DNA of 64,000 nucleotides from Eledone cirrhosa (taxonomy: Eukaryota): NCBI GenBank assembly GCA_964016885.1, contig OZ024742.1, positions 353,710,001-353,774,000 of the forward strand. Reading direction: 5' to 3'. The notes under the pieces were generated by a model, which was not told the origin of the DNA, ran no database searches, and saw only the letters and a program-made list of their open reading frames with translations. The position numbers and the translations under genes were made by a program. Below, in pieces: positions 52,542 through 64,000 of this stretch. Each line of letters begins with the position of its first letter. Position 1 is the stretch's first letter.

Positions 52542-52780
52542 ACTCCGTCCGTTACGAGGATGAGTGTTTCAGTCGATCTGATCAACGGAACACGCTGCTC
52601 ATGAAATTAATGTGTCCGTGACTGTGCATTCCACATGCATGAGTACCCTTAACATAATTGTCAGTGAGATTCATTGTGACACAGTATGTGATAACCTGGC
52701 GATCGAATTACAGGTAAAACTCCTTATTGCTAGTTCCGGGCATTGGAGCGGCGTGAATCGAACTTACAACCTTACGATAT
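52542..52780 (-). mobile_element. SINE family S2
   Basis: Reverse complement of the family at 673-990, internally deleted. Confidence 0.65.
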
Positions 52781-52805
52781 CAAACCCTATGCACAAAACC
52801 ACGTA

Positions 52806-52990
52806 CCTTCTACTTTGGACACAAGGCCAGTAACTATACCAGTACATTACTGGTACTTTATTTAATCGACCCCGTAAGGATGAAAGGCAAAGTTAACCTC
52901 GGCGGCATTTGAACTCAGAATGGAAAGAGCCGTAACTCTTTGCGTCAATGCATGGCGCCCGACACTCTACATATATTGCCAATCCACCGG
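52806..52990 (-). mobile_element. SINE family S1
   Basis: Reverse-complement S1. Confidence 0.85.
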
Positions 52991-53689
52991 TAAATATTAA
53001 GCATAAATACTGTGAGATCAGCGTATCTTGTGCATTTCAATGTTATAACCAAACACAATATCTTACTACAGTAAATGCTGTCATAATACTTTGTATAAAT
53101 ATATAAACTGAAAATTAGACGCGGAAACATCCCCAATAAACATGATTATATGTATTTAACATTGTTCTCTCTCTATTAAAATAACTGGATTACGAATCTA
53201 TTTCAACATGTCACGTTTAATATACATTCTATTTTACTACCTTATGTTACATAATGAATATAATTGTTCTCCAGAAACATTGCATGTCAAGCTCGTTTGT
53301 ACTTATTTCCTATGTTGGAAGCATATTTCACCGAACAGTTTATACAGTCGTTTCGATTCGTCACCGAAAGAAACCGCAGGGACATTACCACGAATTACAT
53401 CCTCCGAAACTCCCCATTCAAGTGCGAATCAATGCTATATAGAGATGATGGTTTCCAAATGATGCAAGGATGTAATGCTCCATATAGCTCATATATGACC
53501 TCGGTATATATCTGTTTGATCATAGAGAACATTATATTACCGAATTATTCGACACATGTATTAAACTTGGTAAACATCTTGATGATACTGTAACAGTATA
53601 GAGACAATTATCTACGACTTCATTTCAAACAAATGAAGAAATAAAGTACAGCTTAAGTTTGTTAGAAACTGTCATTATCACTGCGGCTG

Positions 53690-54730
53690 CAAGCTTTCTC
53701 ATGTACAGCAGCATCAGGTGTCTTAGACAGATGCAAAGCCTATACGTTTTCAACATTTCTTATCCAGATAACATGCCTGTAAGAACATAGGCCTCTTAAA
53801 CTGAGTAACGTGTCTCTAGTGGCACTCCGATCGGAATATACATGCTTCTCAAATTTCCTGAAGACACCAGTCACACTCGCAATCCTGTGATATATTTCAG
53901 CATCGATGGGGCCATCTCTCATAATTGTATGTCCCAGATAATCAAAACTGTCTACCACCTCATATAATAGCCCTCTCACCTAAGTGTCTGCCTTCAAATA
54001 TTCTTCCGCAACAGGGAGAATATACACACATTTTGCCTTCATTTTACCAATATTTATCCAAAACATAATGCATTAGAAACGTCCAATATCAACACCATGT
54101 CTTCTACTGTGTGTGCCACAACATTTCTTTATTATCAGCATACATGAAGACCCTAACAGAAGTGCCAAATGTTTGGGACTTGATGTTAAACCGTTTTAGA
54201 TTAAAGACCGTGTCAGTGTTACTAATTCCCATGAATTCACCGATGTCCTTGTATTGGAAGGTACATGACAGCAGCACAGTGAAATAGATGGAGAACAGTG
54301 GGTTCAAGTATGTAGACTTCCATGACACTGTTTGTCAATGACATTGTCTGTGAAAGACAATCTTAAACCTATGAAGAATAGTATAACTGAGACATATTTG
54401 CTGATGTTCAAACAACTTGGAGAATGATCAGCAGGGCATAGCTGTGAAAAACATTCACTCAGTAAGAGGCACATGAGTGCAGTGCCTGCAGAAATGCTGG
54501 AGGAATTGAAATACAATTTTTTCTATCAAGAGCGGGATTCTTCAGCCATCTAAAAACACATGAATCAGAGGGAATCGAGCGTCGTGGGAGATGCGTCTAT
54601 CATCACGCACTCCACGTTACATTTGCAATGAGTGTGGCTTAATTTGAAAGTCAGCGTTTGGCCGGACCAGACATGATAGAATGCATGGACATACCCATGT
54701 GGCATTGCCAGGAGACAAGCAGTTCAAGTG
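53690..54730 (-). mobile_element. RTE(BovB)-like LINE RT remnant
   Basis: LNPLFSIYF..VFNLKRF..FMYADN and VDSFDYLGHTIMRDGPIDAEIYHRIAS..VFRKF in ORFs 54104..54328 and 53740..53979. Confidence 0.7.
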
Positions 54731-54992
54731 TCACCTCTGTTAACGTGATCCAAAACAGTGTGTCTGATAATTCACCTGCGTGCACATAATAGTGCAATGC
54801 TCTTGTGACTTGGGGTAGCAATACATATGTATGTACGTATGTATATATCTATTCATGTATGTCTGGATATATATGTATGCGTGCATGTATATATGTATGA
54901 ATCTATATTTGTACGTATTTTTTATGTATGCTATAATATATATATCCAGCAGTGAAAACCAACCAAACTGAGTGTGTTCAGTCATTATTTCT

Positions 54993-55147
54993 CGGACGCC
55001 AGCCTTTCCAGCATATATACGTCTCTTTACGGTCTGAGTTCAACTCCCGCCGAGGTTAACTTTGCCTTTCATCCTTACGGGGTCGATAAAATAAAGTACC
55101 AGTAATGTACTGTGTAATTGGAGGCCTTGTGCCAAAAAGGCGAAACA
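54993..55147 (+). mobile_element. 5'-truncated S1 SINE inserted in a family E remnant
   Basis: TSD ATTATTTCT at 54984-54992 and 55148-55156; the flanks together match 58293-58372. Confidence 0.8.
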
Positions 55148-55246
55148 ATTATTTCTGGAAATATTATTACACCAATATAACCCTCCCCAAATATATATAT
55201 ATATATATATATAAGTATATATACTTATAAATAAGTATATTTATAT

Positions 55247-55305
55247 TTAGGTAACAGCCGTACGAAGAGTGAGAAATGAAATTTCGTTTCATTTTTTTCC
55301 GTTTA
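55247..55305 (+). mobile_element. Terminal remnant of family C
   Basis: GCCGTACGAAGAGTGAGAAATGAAATTTCGTTTCATTTT matches 18278-18318; followed by (TA)n. Confidence 0.7.
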
Positions 55306-55326
55306 TATATATATATATATATATAG

Positions 55327-55518
55327 GTACGTTATTCCGGTTTGAATCTGAGGTAACAACAGTAAGTAAGGTACTCAATACATAGCTACATAGCAGAGTA
55401 TAACAGTTTTAATATAGATGAGATTCTACAGGACTATAACTGTTCATTCTTTAGAAATCATCAGATGATTTCTAAAGAATGAAACAGTTTTAGTCCTGTA
55501 GAATATCATCTATATTAA

Positions 55519-55522
<4 letters not shown>
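55327..55522 (-). mobile_element. Palindromic mini-PLE insertion (family P)
   Basis: Reverse-orientation relative of 57518-57712; inverted arms centred near 55463; TA-flanked. Confidence 0.85.
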
Positions 55523-55599
<77 letters not shown>

Positions 55600-55652
55600 T
55601 TAATAAAATAATGAATAAACAAAGAAACAGTTCCTTATATTAAAAAAAATTC

Positions 55653-55790
55653 ATCATTTTACGATCGTTTCTAGGATATATATGTGTTAGAGTTGGTATG
55701 CATATTCTATAGATCTATGTACAATATTTATACACACTATCAGAGGGAATATACATACCTACACATATATATGCTGTCTTCAGAAATAAT
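55653..55790 (-). ncRNA. Type I hammerhead ribozyme with very long stem II
   Basis: ATTATTT-CTGAAGA-[105 nt including ATATATATGTGT/ACACATATATAT and GGTATGTATATT/AATATGCATACC]-GAAA-CGATCG-TA-AAATGAT. Confidence 0.75.
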
Positions 55791-56419
55791 ATTTGTTTAT
55801 TGAAAAAAACAAAGATTCAATACAATAGGTCTGTTCGGGAACAGGTTTTGAATTGACCAATAGAGTGATAGTGAGGGTCAGGATAGTAATATAGTAGTAG
55901 AAGAACCTTAAATTATGGGTAGAGGAAGGGAGATTTCAGTTTTGGATGGAAAAGAATATTATGAATGAAGGATTATTTTAGGGAAGAAATAGGTCATATG
56001 CTGACCTCAGAAATAATTGTATTTGTTCATTGAATAAAACCAACAAAGATCTAATATATTCTGTCTGTTTGGTAAGAGGTTTAGAATTAACCAATAGAAA
56101 GTTAATAATTGGCCAAAGGGTAAAATAGTAGTAATTGAAGCTTATTTTAGGGGTGAAAATAGGTCAGGTGGTCAATAAAAGGTATACAAGCAGTTGCTGT
56201 TATAAAATAGTAATGCCAATACAAATATCTAAGGTGACTAAAGTTTTAAGATAAGAATGTTAGTGAAAAAATACATCTATGAAAAGAATATAAATTAATT
56301 TATTTGATGGGTATATTTATATTGATAAAATTATACTAATACATATAGATATGATAACTAAGAGTTAGATGCAGTTGAAAAGTGCTGTTAAAGATGAGGG
56401 GAAATTAAAATAATATAAA

Positions 56420-56461
<42 letters not shown>

Positions 56462-56503
56462 TTATACATATATATATATATACATATATATACACATACA
56501 CAC

Positions 56504-56553
<50 letters not shown>

Positions 56554-56644
56554 TTACATATATACATATACATACATATATATACACATACACACACACA
56601 CATACACACATAAATATATATATATATATATATGCATATATATA

Positions 56645-56675
<31 letters not shown>

Positions 56676-56899
56676 AGATATATACATGCACATATACATA
56701 CATACACATATATATACACACACATATACACTTATATATACATATAATTATTGGGGGGGGGGATTAAATTTATTAGTGAGAAATAGTAAATATATATAGT
56801 TTTCAAGGAACATAGAGTCATAACCTGAAGTTAAAGCATTATATATGTTTACTTAATGGTATCAGTTTTAGGAAATGATATTTGTAAGAAGGAAAGCAA

Positions 56900-57122
56900 A
56901 ATTATGGAGTTCATCAGTAGTAGAATATTAATTATAGGTTAACTAAATTAAAAATAGTTTATATATTAATTTCTAAAGTGTATATTAATTAGGTTTATAA
57001 TGTTTAAAGCAGAATTATGTAGTTCATCAGTAGTAGAATATTAATTATAGGTTAACTAAATTAAAAATAATTTATAAATTAATTTCTAAAGTGTATATTA
57101 ATTAGGTTTATAATATTTAAAG
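56900..57122. repeat. 113-bp tandem duplication
   Basis: TTCATCAGTAG at 56910 and 57023; near-identical units. Confidence 0.9.
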
Positions 57123-57472
57123 GTTTTTCTCAGTTTATGATTACACGATATTATTAATTCCTGTCGCTTATTTAATAGGATATCCTTAGATTTCATTATT
57201 TCAAAAAGTTCTTCTACATAGATCTATAGAATATGCATACCAACTCTAACACATATATATCCTAGAAACGATGGTAAAATGATGAATTTTTTTTAATATA
57301 AGGTACTGTTTCTTTGTTAATTCATTATTTTATTAATTTATCTTGACTCTGTTTTCCGTTTATTTTTCACCGAAAGTAGTTTTTGAATGCATCTTCTCTT
57401 TTCATGATATCCGGATTACATTGAGTCCTTCATACGGATTGGACACTACCGTAAACTTTTGGTAGATTTATC

Positions 57473-57517
<45 letters not shown>

Positions 57518-57521
<4 letters not shown>

Positions 57522-57711
57522 TTAATATAGATGAGATTCTACAGGACTAGAACTGTTTCATTCATTAGAAATCATCAGGAATCTCTGATGATTTCTAATG
57601 AATGAAACAGTTCTAGTCCTGTAGAATCTCATCTATATTAAAACTGTTATACTCTGCTATGTATTGAGTACCTTACTTACTGTGGTTACCTCCGATTCAA
57701 CCCGGAATAAC

Positions 57712-57712
<1 letters not shown>
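57518..57712 (+). mobile_element. Palindromic mini-PLE insertion (family P)
   Basis: Perfect 61-bp inverted arms 57518-57578 and 57585-57645 plus a 67-bp tail; TA-flanked. Confidence 0.9.
57533..57585 (-). ncRNA. Type I hammerhead ribozyme
   Basis: GAGATTC-CTGATGA-TTTCTAATGAAT-GAAA-CAG(TTCTAGTC)CTG-TA-GAATCTC; perfect 7-bp stem I; GUA triplet. Confidence 0.85.
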
Positions 57713-57732
<20 letters not shown>

Positions 57733-57757
<25 letters not shown>

Positions 57758-58439
57758 AAACTTGGGGAGGGTCATATTTGTGCAATAATATTGCCAGAAT
57801 TAATAACAGAACACACTCACTGTTTGGTGGCTTTTCGCTTCTGTGTCTTTTATATCGGTTAATTTAATTTTTTTATTCGGTCCTTAATGTTCCATTGACT
57901 GAACAACGGTCAAAAATACAAATATAATATAGACACAAACACATATTTATAGTCTAACAAAGTTCTTTCGTTGCACATCTGCAACATCGTCAGTGGTGTT
58001 ATTGTATTTCCTCCTGTTGTATTGTATGCCTAAGCCATCTTTATTTAGCCTGTTCATTTATTTATTTATTTATTTATTTATTTTTTTTTTTTTAACTTCT
58101 CTGTGCCTGCGTTTGCGTGGGAGGAAACATAATAGCACCACCGACGATGTTACAGATGTGCAACGAAAGAACTTTGTTAGACTATATATATGTGTTTGTG
58201 TCTATATTACATCTGTATTTTTGACCGTTGGTCAGTCAATGGTAACATTGAGGACCGAATACAAAAATTAAATTAACCGATATAAAAGACACAGAAGCGA
58301 AAACCAACCAGACAGTGAGTGTGTTCTGTTATTAATTCTGGCAATATTATTACACATGTATGACCCTCCCCATGTATAACAATATTTGTTTCGACACACG
58401 ATTTCATATATAAAACCTGGCAAAACTAAATCATCGCCG

Positions 58440-58441
<2 letters not shown>
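57733..58441. mobile_element. Inverted PLE-like insertion (family E)
   Basis: About 280-bp diverged inverted arms (57733-58014 and 58120-58384) plus a tail to (TA)n; hammerhead-like motif at 57955-58001 (minus). Confidence 0.7.
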
Positions 58442-58535
<94 letters not shown>

Positions 58536-59990
58536 GTATATATTCATATATACACATTATATACAGACACACACAGGCACACGCATCTGGTTTTCTGAAT
58601 ACACACCTGTTCCCACTTTTGTTCTTATCTTTCTCCAGTTCCTTCGGCTTCTCCCTTTATATCCTTGTATTTTCTCTATTATTTCTAACTCTTATGAATG
58701 TCTAATTTTAGCAATGTTAAAACTCTCTTTCTGCTATTTCAAGCATTAAACTAATATATTTCTTAAATGTACCGCATCGTTTGCTTTGTAATTATTGTTT
58801 ACTTTGTATATATACATATTTGTTTACTTTGTACATTTATATTTGTTTATAATGTACATATATATTTCTTCATATTAGTCACATTTCGGACTTAGTATAG
58901 TACACACTGCAGGAACCTATCACTTCTATACCCAATTGCCGTTTAATAAGAGATATAGATGTCACGACTTAACTCATAGTATAAGCGTTACATAGCGGAA
59001 ACATCGCACCCCCTATATATCTCTTGCTCTATCTCTCTCTCTATTTCTATTGTTCACTCTTGTCTTCTTCTTTTTCCTCATCTCCTTCTTTCTCTACTGT
59101 GTCGTAATTAACATTATGAAATTTTAAATAATTAATTGTTATTCCTCAATGTTATCATCCATAACGAGAATAATCTCCTACATAACACTTTACATAAAAA
59201 GACAAGTGTCATATAATATGTTTAAAATACCAAATCTTCTTTCAATGTTATACATTAGAACCTCACTTTTTGTTTTAATTCCTGTCACTTTTAACCTTTA
59301 GTTATTTCTAAAATGATTAATTCTCCTCTAATATGCATTGGATTAATATCAAATATATTTTCTTCCTAATGTCAGTAAATTCTTCCAAGCCGTGCCCAAC
59401 GAAACAAAATGAACAAATAACACAACGTATTTAGATTCTTTTAGCTCTCAAACATATTGTTTCCCTTCAATATTTTCAGAATAATGGATATAAATATACT
59501 TTCTATTTGAAAAACAGTCATATTTCCTGATAGTGTTCTTAATTTCTCTTCCAAATAGAAAGTAGAATGACAAAGTACATTATAAATAACGAAATTATTG
59601 AACAGTAAAATATTGTTCTTTTAAATTAATCCATATTTCTGTTTGTACACATAAATAAATGATATATATATGCTCCTATGACATATGTGTATTTCAGAAC
59701 AAGCATAACAAAGATGACATTAAATAAATAATTTTGATCACGAGCCTTTAAATAATTTTCTCTTATAAAGATATGAGAAGATATGCACTGTTATAGTAAA
59801 TGTTTTAAACATTATGCATTTTCAAAATTTAACCAAATGCTATTGTATTTTAAATATACTACTACATGTGAAATATATCACGTAAACATGTATTAAGTTG
59901 TTATCAACGTTCCTCTCCCTGCAAAATTGCGACCTCTCTTCCTATGTGAAAAACAACAACTATATCAATACAATATATCATTTCCAAAAC

Positions 59991-60085
<95 letters not shown>

Positions 60086-60086
60086 C

Positions 60087-61859
60087 TTATTAAAATAACA
60101 GATTAAAGTTTAAGCAAAGAATCGCTGCTTTCGCCCTTAACGGGATCTTTTGAAAATAAAAAAGGCAATCTGTGAACGCAGATGTAAATATTTCGAAAAA
60201 CGTTGCAACTGAAGGAAGACAGGAAGACGATACTTTGGTTCGTGGAAACGTTCCCTGGCAAAGAACGGAAAAAACGAAGAAAATACGTCATTATTCGGAC
60301 CGGTGAAAACAATTACACGCAAAGACAAAACCACATTTACAGTATAAATGAAGTCGTAGACTAAATTTCTATTTAGGAAACCGAATGATTGTCGGCTTCA
60401 GAGTTAAGTATAATGTAAATACATTACAGAGGTAATTGAAATCAACAAAAGTTAATATATACATGCACTCATCCATATATGCACATACTGATGCATACGC
60501 GAAATCATGGGTAAGCAAATACAAGCATGTACACAAAAAAAACACGCACGCACATACACGACCCACGCAACGCCTGTTGCCGCACACATACGAATGTATC
60601 CACCAAATACACATAAAAATATATATAAAAAAGAAATATATATATATATATATATGTGTATACACATATGTTCGCTAAAATACGTCAACCAAAACACAAA
60701 CTACGCATATTCACACACGTTACATACGTACGAAGCCGCATACTCACACAAACGCAAAACTCACGTATACACATAACCATATGCACATGTACCAGTATAT
60801 ATAATATAATATATACGCCTATAACCTAGACAAGCAAATATACGTACGAGAAAGTAGACGTACCTTCACAAAACATTCAGGTAAAATATACTTACCTAGA
60901 CAAATAAGTAATGGTATAAACATGACATATACTGAGCTACCACATCAAGACGTAAAATATCCGTGTATAGTTTGTACTATCCGTTAGGGTATAAGGTGGA
61001 GCTGTAATACAGGAAAGTTGTGTGCAATTTATTTTTACAAGCCGAATTTGCCTCAGATTTTTTTTGTTTAAAGATGTGGTCTTTGGCTTAGAGTATTTCC
61101 AAGGCTTCAGCGGCGCCGAGCTCTCATGGTCTTATATTTCCGTTATACGATCTAGCTCTAGCTAGGATCTCCCAGAGTAATTTATATTTGATGTGGTTGT
61201 CTTTTAGACTCCAGATATAAGCTGAAAGTGACGTCATATTCCTTCTTAAAGGGTTAAGAAAAGAATGGGTATGCATGTAGAGACGCTGCTTGAATGTATT
61301 GGTGGTTAACCCTATGTAGGCCCTACGGGACGTCGGTGTTTCAACCTTACATTTATAGACAAAGTTACTAGAGGGACATTTCCCGGATATCAACCCGATT
61401 CCTACAATTACAGTTAGTACTAGTTGTAATTTATTTACATTTTTCCGTTCATTTCCAGAGATCGTCTCCACGAACCACTTAATAGAATTTTTGTCTACGA
61501 CTTCATTTATACCATAAACGTGCTTTTGTCTTTGCGTATAACTGTTTTCACCGATCCGAATAATGACGTATTATCTTCGTGTTTTTTCCGTTCTTTGCCA
61601 GGGAACGTTTCCACGGCCAAAGTGTCGTCTTCCTGCCTTCCTTAGATTGCAACGTTTTACGAAAGATTTACTTCTGCGTTCACAGATTGATTTTTTTAGT
61701 TTCAGAAGATCCCGTTAAGGGCGAAAACAGCTATTCTTTGCTTAAAATTTAAACTGTTATTTTAATAAATATTTGCTATACGATTCTTATATATTTGATA
61801 TATATTTATCCGTATCGAGCCCTCTTTGGATTTTAGTCTTCAAATTTATTATTATTACT
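60087..61859 (-). mobile_element. 5'-truncated PLE (family F) with GIY-YIG remnant and inverted pLTR
   Basis: About 61030-61430 encodes NFVYKCKV..AYIGLTTNTFKQRLYMH..TSLSAYIWSLKD. 60087-60375 is inverted at 61480-61767. TA-flanked. Confidence 0.85.
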
Positions 61860-62110
61860 ATATATATGGACAAGAGTCATAGAGACCCCAGAAAACCCTG
61901 ATGAATTCATGACAATGATCGTATATATAATGTATATGTGTTGTATATATTATATGTGTAGTATATGTGTATTATATATATTATATGTATAATATATATA
62001 TAAGGGTGAAGGCAGCGATGCTTTGCTTAAAATTTAAACTGTTATTTTAATAAATATTTGCTATACGATTCTTATATATTTGATATATATTTATCCGTAT
62101 CGAGCCCTCT

Positions 62111-62812
62111 TTGGGGACCATTATAAAACTAACCATTATGGAGCAAATGCTCAAATATAATGGAAAAACCTATGACCAAGAGGAGGCCGCAGCCATTGGC
62201 ATTCGCAATACAGGTAACATAGCTAACCTCTTTATAGTAGGGTAGGAAAGATGACTTAAGGATCAGCTAGACGACAATTATATAACCCTGACTATGTCCT
62301 CCCACTACTCAGATAACATAAAGTTCGTAATAAAGACACCCCCACAGGAGAACAGTCACGAATTAAAGAAGAACCCCATGGAAAGCATCCAACAAATAGT
62401 TAACTTAATCCACCAGGGTATTAACATTACTATGGATTACACAACTAAACACCCCAACCATATATTACCCGTACTAGACAGAACTCTGGTTGGAAACTAT
62501 TAATAATGAAACTCAAATCCTCCATTCGCCTTATGCCAAACCCATGACCTATAAATACCTGGGCTACCAAAAATCAGCTCCTTCGGATCCCATGAAAATT
62601 AACATACAGATTGCGGGGTTAGTAAGAGTGATGAGGAATCTGTCTCGCATGTACAAACCCAAATAATTAGACACACATACACAACACTTCATCAACCGCA
62701 TGCAGTTCTTTGGCTACATGCAGAGAGACAAGATCAGGGTATATAAAGGAGCCAGAAACAAATGAACAAGGATTGTAGAAGATTATGCAAGTGGAAGTTG
62801 CCGCATACATAT
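62111..62812 (+). mobile_element. Decayed RT fragment of a different PLE lineage
   Basis: YNGKTYDQEEAAAIG..GNIANLFI; degenerate HYSDN; NLIHQGINITMD..HP..LPVLD; YAKPM..KSA; RVMRN; RMQFFGY. Confidence 0.65.
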
Positions 62813-62961
62813 ATGGTAAGTTCTTGCCTCAATAATGATTTAATTCACCATAATTCCCTGTCAGATCCACGTGCTTCTTTCACTGGTACTACTACCTTTG
62901 TATAGGTGACAGCTCTACAATTTCACGATCCAAAATTCAGAGAACATTTAAGACCCCATAT

Positions 62962-63017
<56 letters not shown>

Positions 63018-63067
63018 TATATGTGTGTATAATATATATGTATAATATATATATATATATATATATA

Positions 63068-63182
63068 GGTAAGTTATTCCGGGTTGAATCAGAGGTAACC
63101 ACAGTAAGTAAGGTACTCAATACATAGCAGAGTAAAATGTTTTAATATAAATGAGATTCTACAGGACTAGAACTGTTTCATT
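63068..63182 (-). mobile_element. Family P terminal fragment
   Basis: Matches the reverse complement of about 57601-57712; truncated inside the hammerhead; preceded by (TA)n. Confidence 0.85.
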
Positions 63183-64000
63183 TTTTATAAATGTGCTTTT
63201 TATGTCTGTTCAGGTGGTAGCAGAGTGTGGGGAGTGGGATGGGTGGAGGTCATTGTTTGAAAGAAAAGGGAATTCATTAAAAGCTAATTCTTTAAGGCTA
63301 TCGTTTATATTTAGTGTGACAAAGGCAGAAATAATTCTATAAACAATTCATATTAGGGTGGCATTCCTTACCTTTAAGTTTCTCTTAAGTTAACAATGCC
63401 TATATTTAAGGTGTATATAAGATGGTTGAGGGTCGGTCAGGGTTGATGGATTTAAAGGAAAGGAATTTGTTTCTCTTTGTTGAATATAAGTCACCAATTT
63501 GGTTGAGGTATATAAGTACTAATTTAACAGAGAGGTTATATTTAGAGTGATGTAATGTTGCCACGAGGAACCTGGTTTGGTAGAAAGATATGATGGGAAT
63601 ATCGAAAACGACTTTTACTTGGTTTTACATTATTTATTAACAGAGGTTGAGCTGGCATGCCAAGAGAAATAAAATAATTCAATTAAGATTACAAGAGAAA
63701 ATACGGTCGACCGGCTGAAGGCGTTTAGCCAGCTCCGTAGGAATGTTTTGTCGTTACATACTATTTGTGCTGCCGGAGCAAAAGAACAAGCGGTGTTTAC
63801 TTAGCATGGTCAAACCTGGAAGTCATCTAGCCTGGAAGTGGTGGCGTCCTCAAATCTTTGCGGGCTATTTCTCCATCAGAACGCGTAGGGATACATCCTC
63901 TTCTACTGGCGCTGATTGGCTGAGCTGAGCCAAATCACGCACAGAGAATGTATGTGAGCCCGCGGAATGTAGGTCACTACATCACCTCCGAGCAGATTTT

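Larger units (their letters stand above)
55597..57476. mobile_element. Non-coding inverted PLE-like insertion (family D)
   Basis: 55598-55724 is inverted at 57215-57338, followed by a tail to (TA)n; contains a hammerhead. Confidence 0.7.

Noticed and set aside
56911-57030. CTGATGA (minus) in the 113-bp duplication
   Set aside because: No properly placed GAAA or stems.
61703-61735. Family F CAGAAGA-TCCC..GGGC-GAAA motif, and CTGATGA at 61898
   Set aside because: Core or GAAA mutated in all copies and stem I absent; at most decayed ribozymes.
63190-64000. Possible retroelement remnant and GC-richer segment with a CCAAT-like hairpin
   Set aside because: No diagnostic motifs and truncated by the window edge.

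Overview
AT-rich, repeat-dense eukaryotic DNA with no host gene I can support. The SINE content (Nin/Deu-type and CORE-type domains) suggests a mollusc, probably an octopus or other cephalopod; this is an inference. The window is a retroelement nest organised by microsatellite type. (TA)n tracts at about 7.4-22.2 kb and 54.9-63.2 kb hold Penelope-like elements (PLEs): two nearly full-length decayed copies with RT plus C-terminal GIY-YIG (Hydra-clade signatures), several truncated inverted pLTR insertions, and two non-coding tandem/inverted arrays (543 bp and about 470-500 bp units). Most of these families carry a type I hammerhead ribozyme that I folded by eye. (TAA/ATT)n tracts at about 26.9-49.4 kb hold R4/Dong-like RLE LINEs (one with an intact 1216-aa ORF) and two tandem decayed L1/Tx1-like LINEs. 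CRE, RTE and other PLE fragments and about 17 SINE copies are scattered throughout. The most notable items are the retrozyme-like hammerhead arrays, a non-canonical CUGAGAA hammerhead, and a compact triple-pseudoknot RNA at the 5' end of the intact R4 element. All folds and family assignments are manual; nothing was computed or searched.
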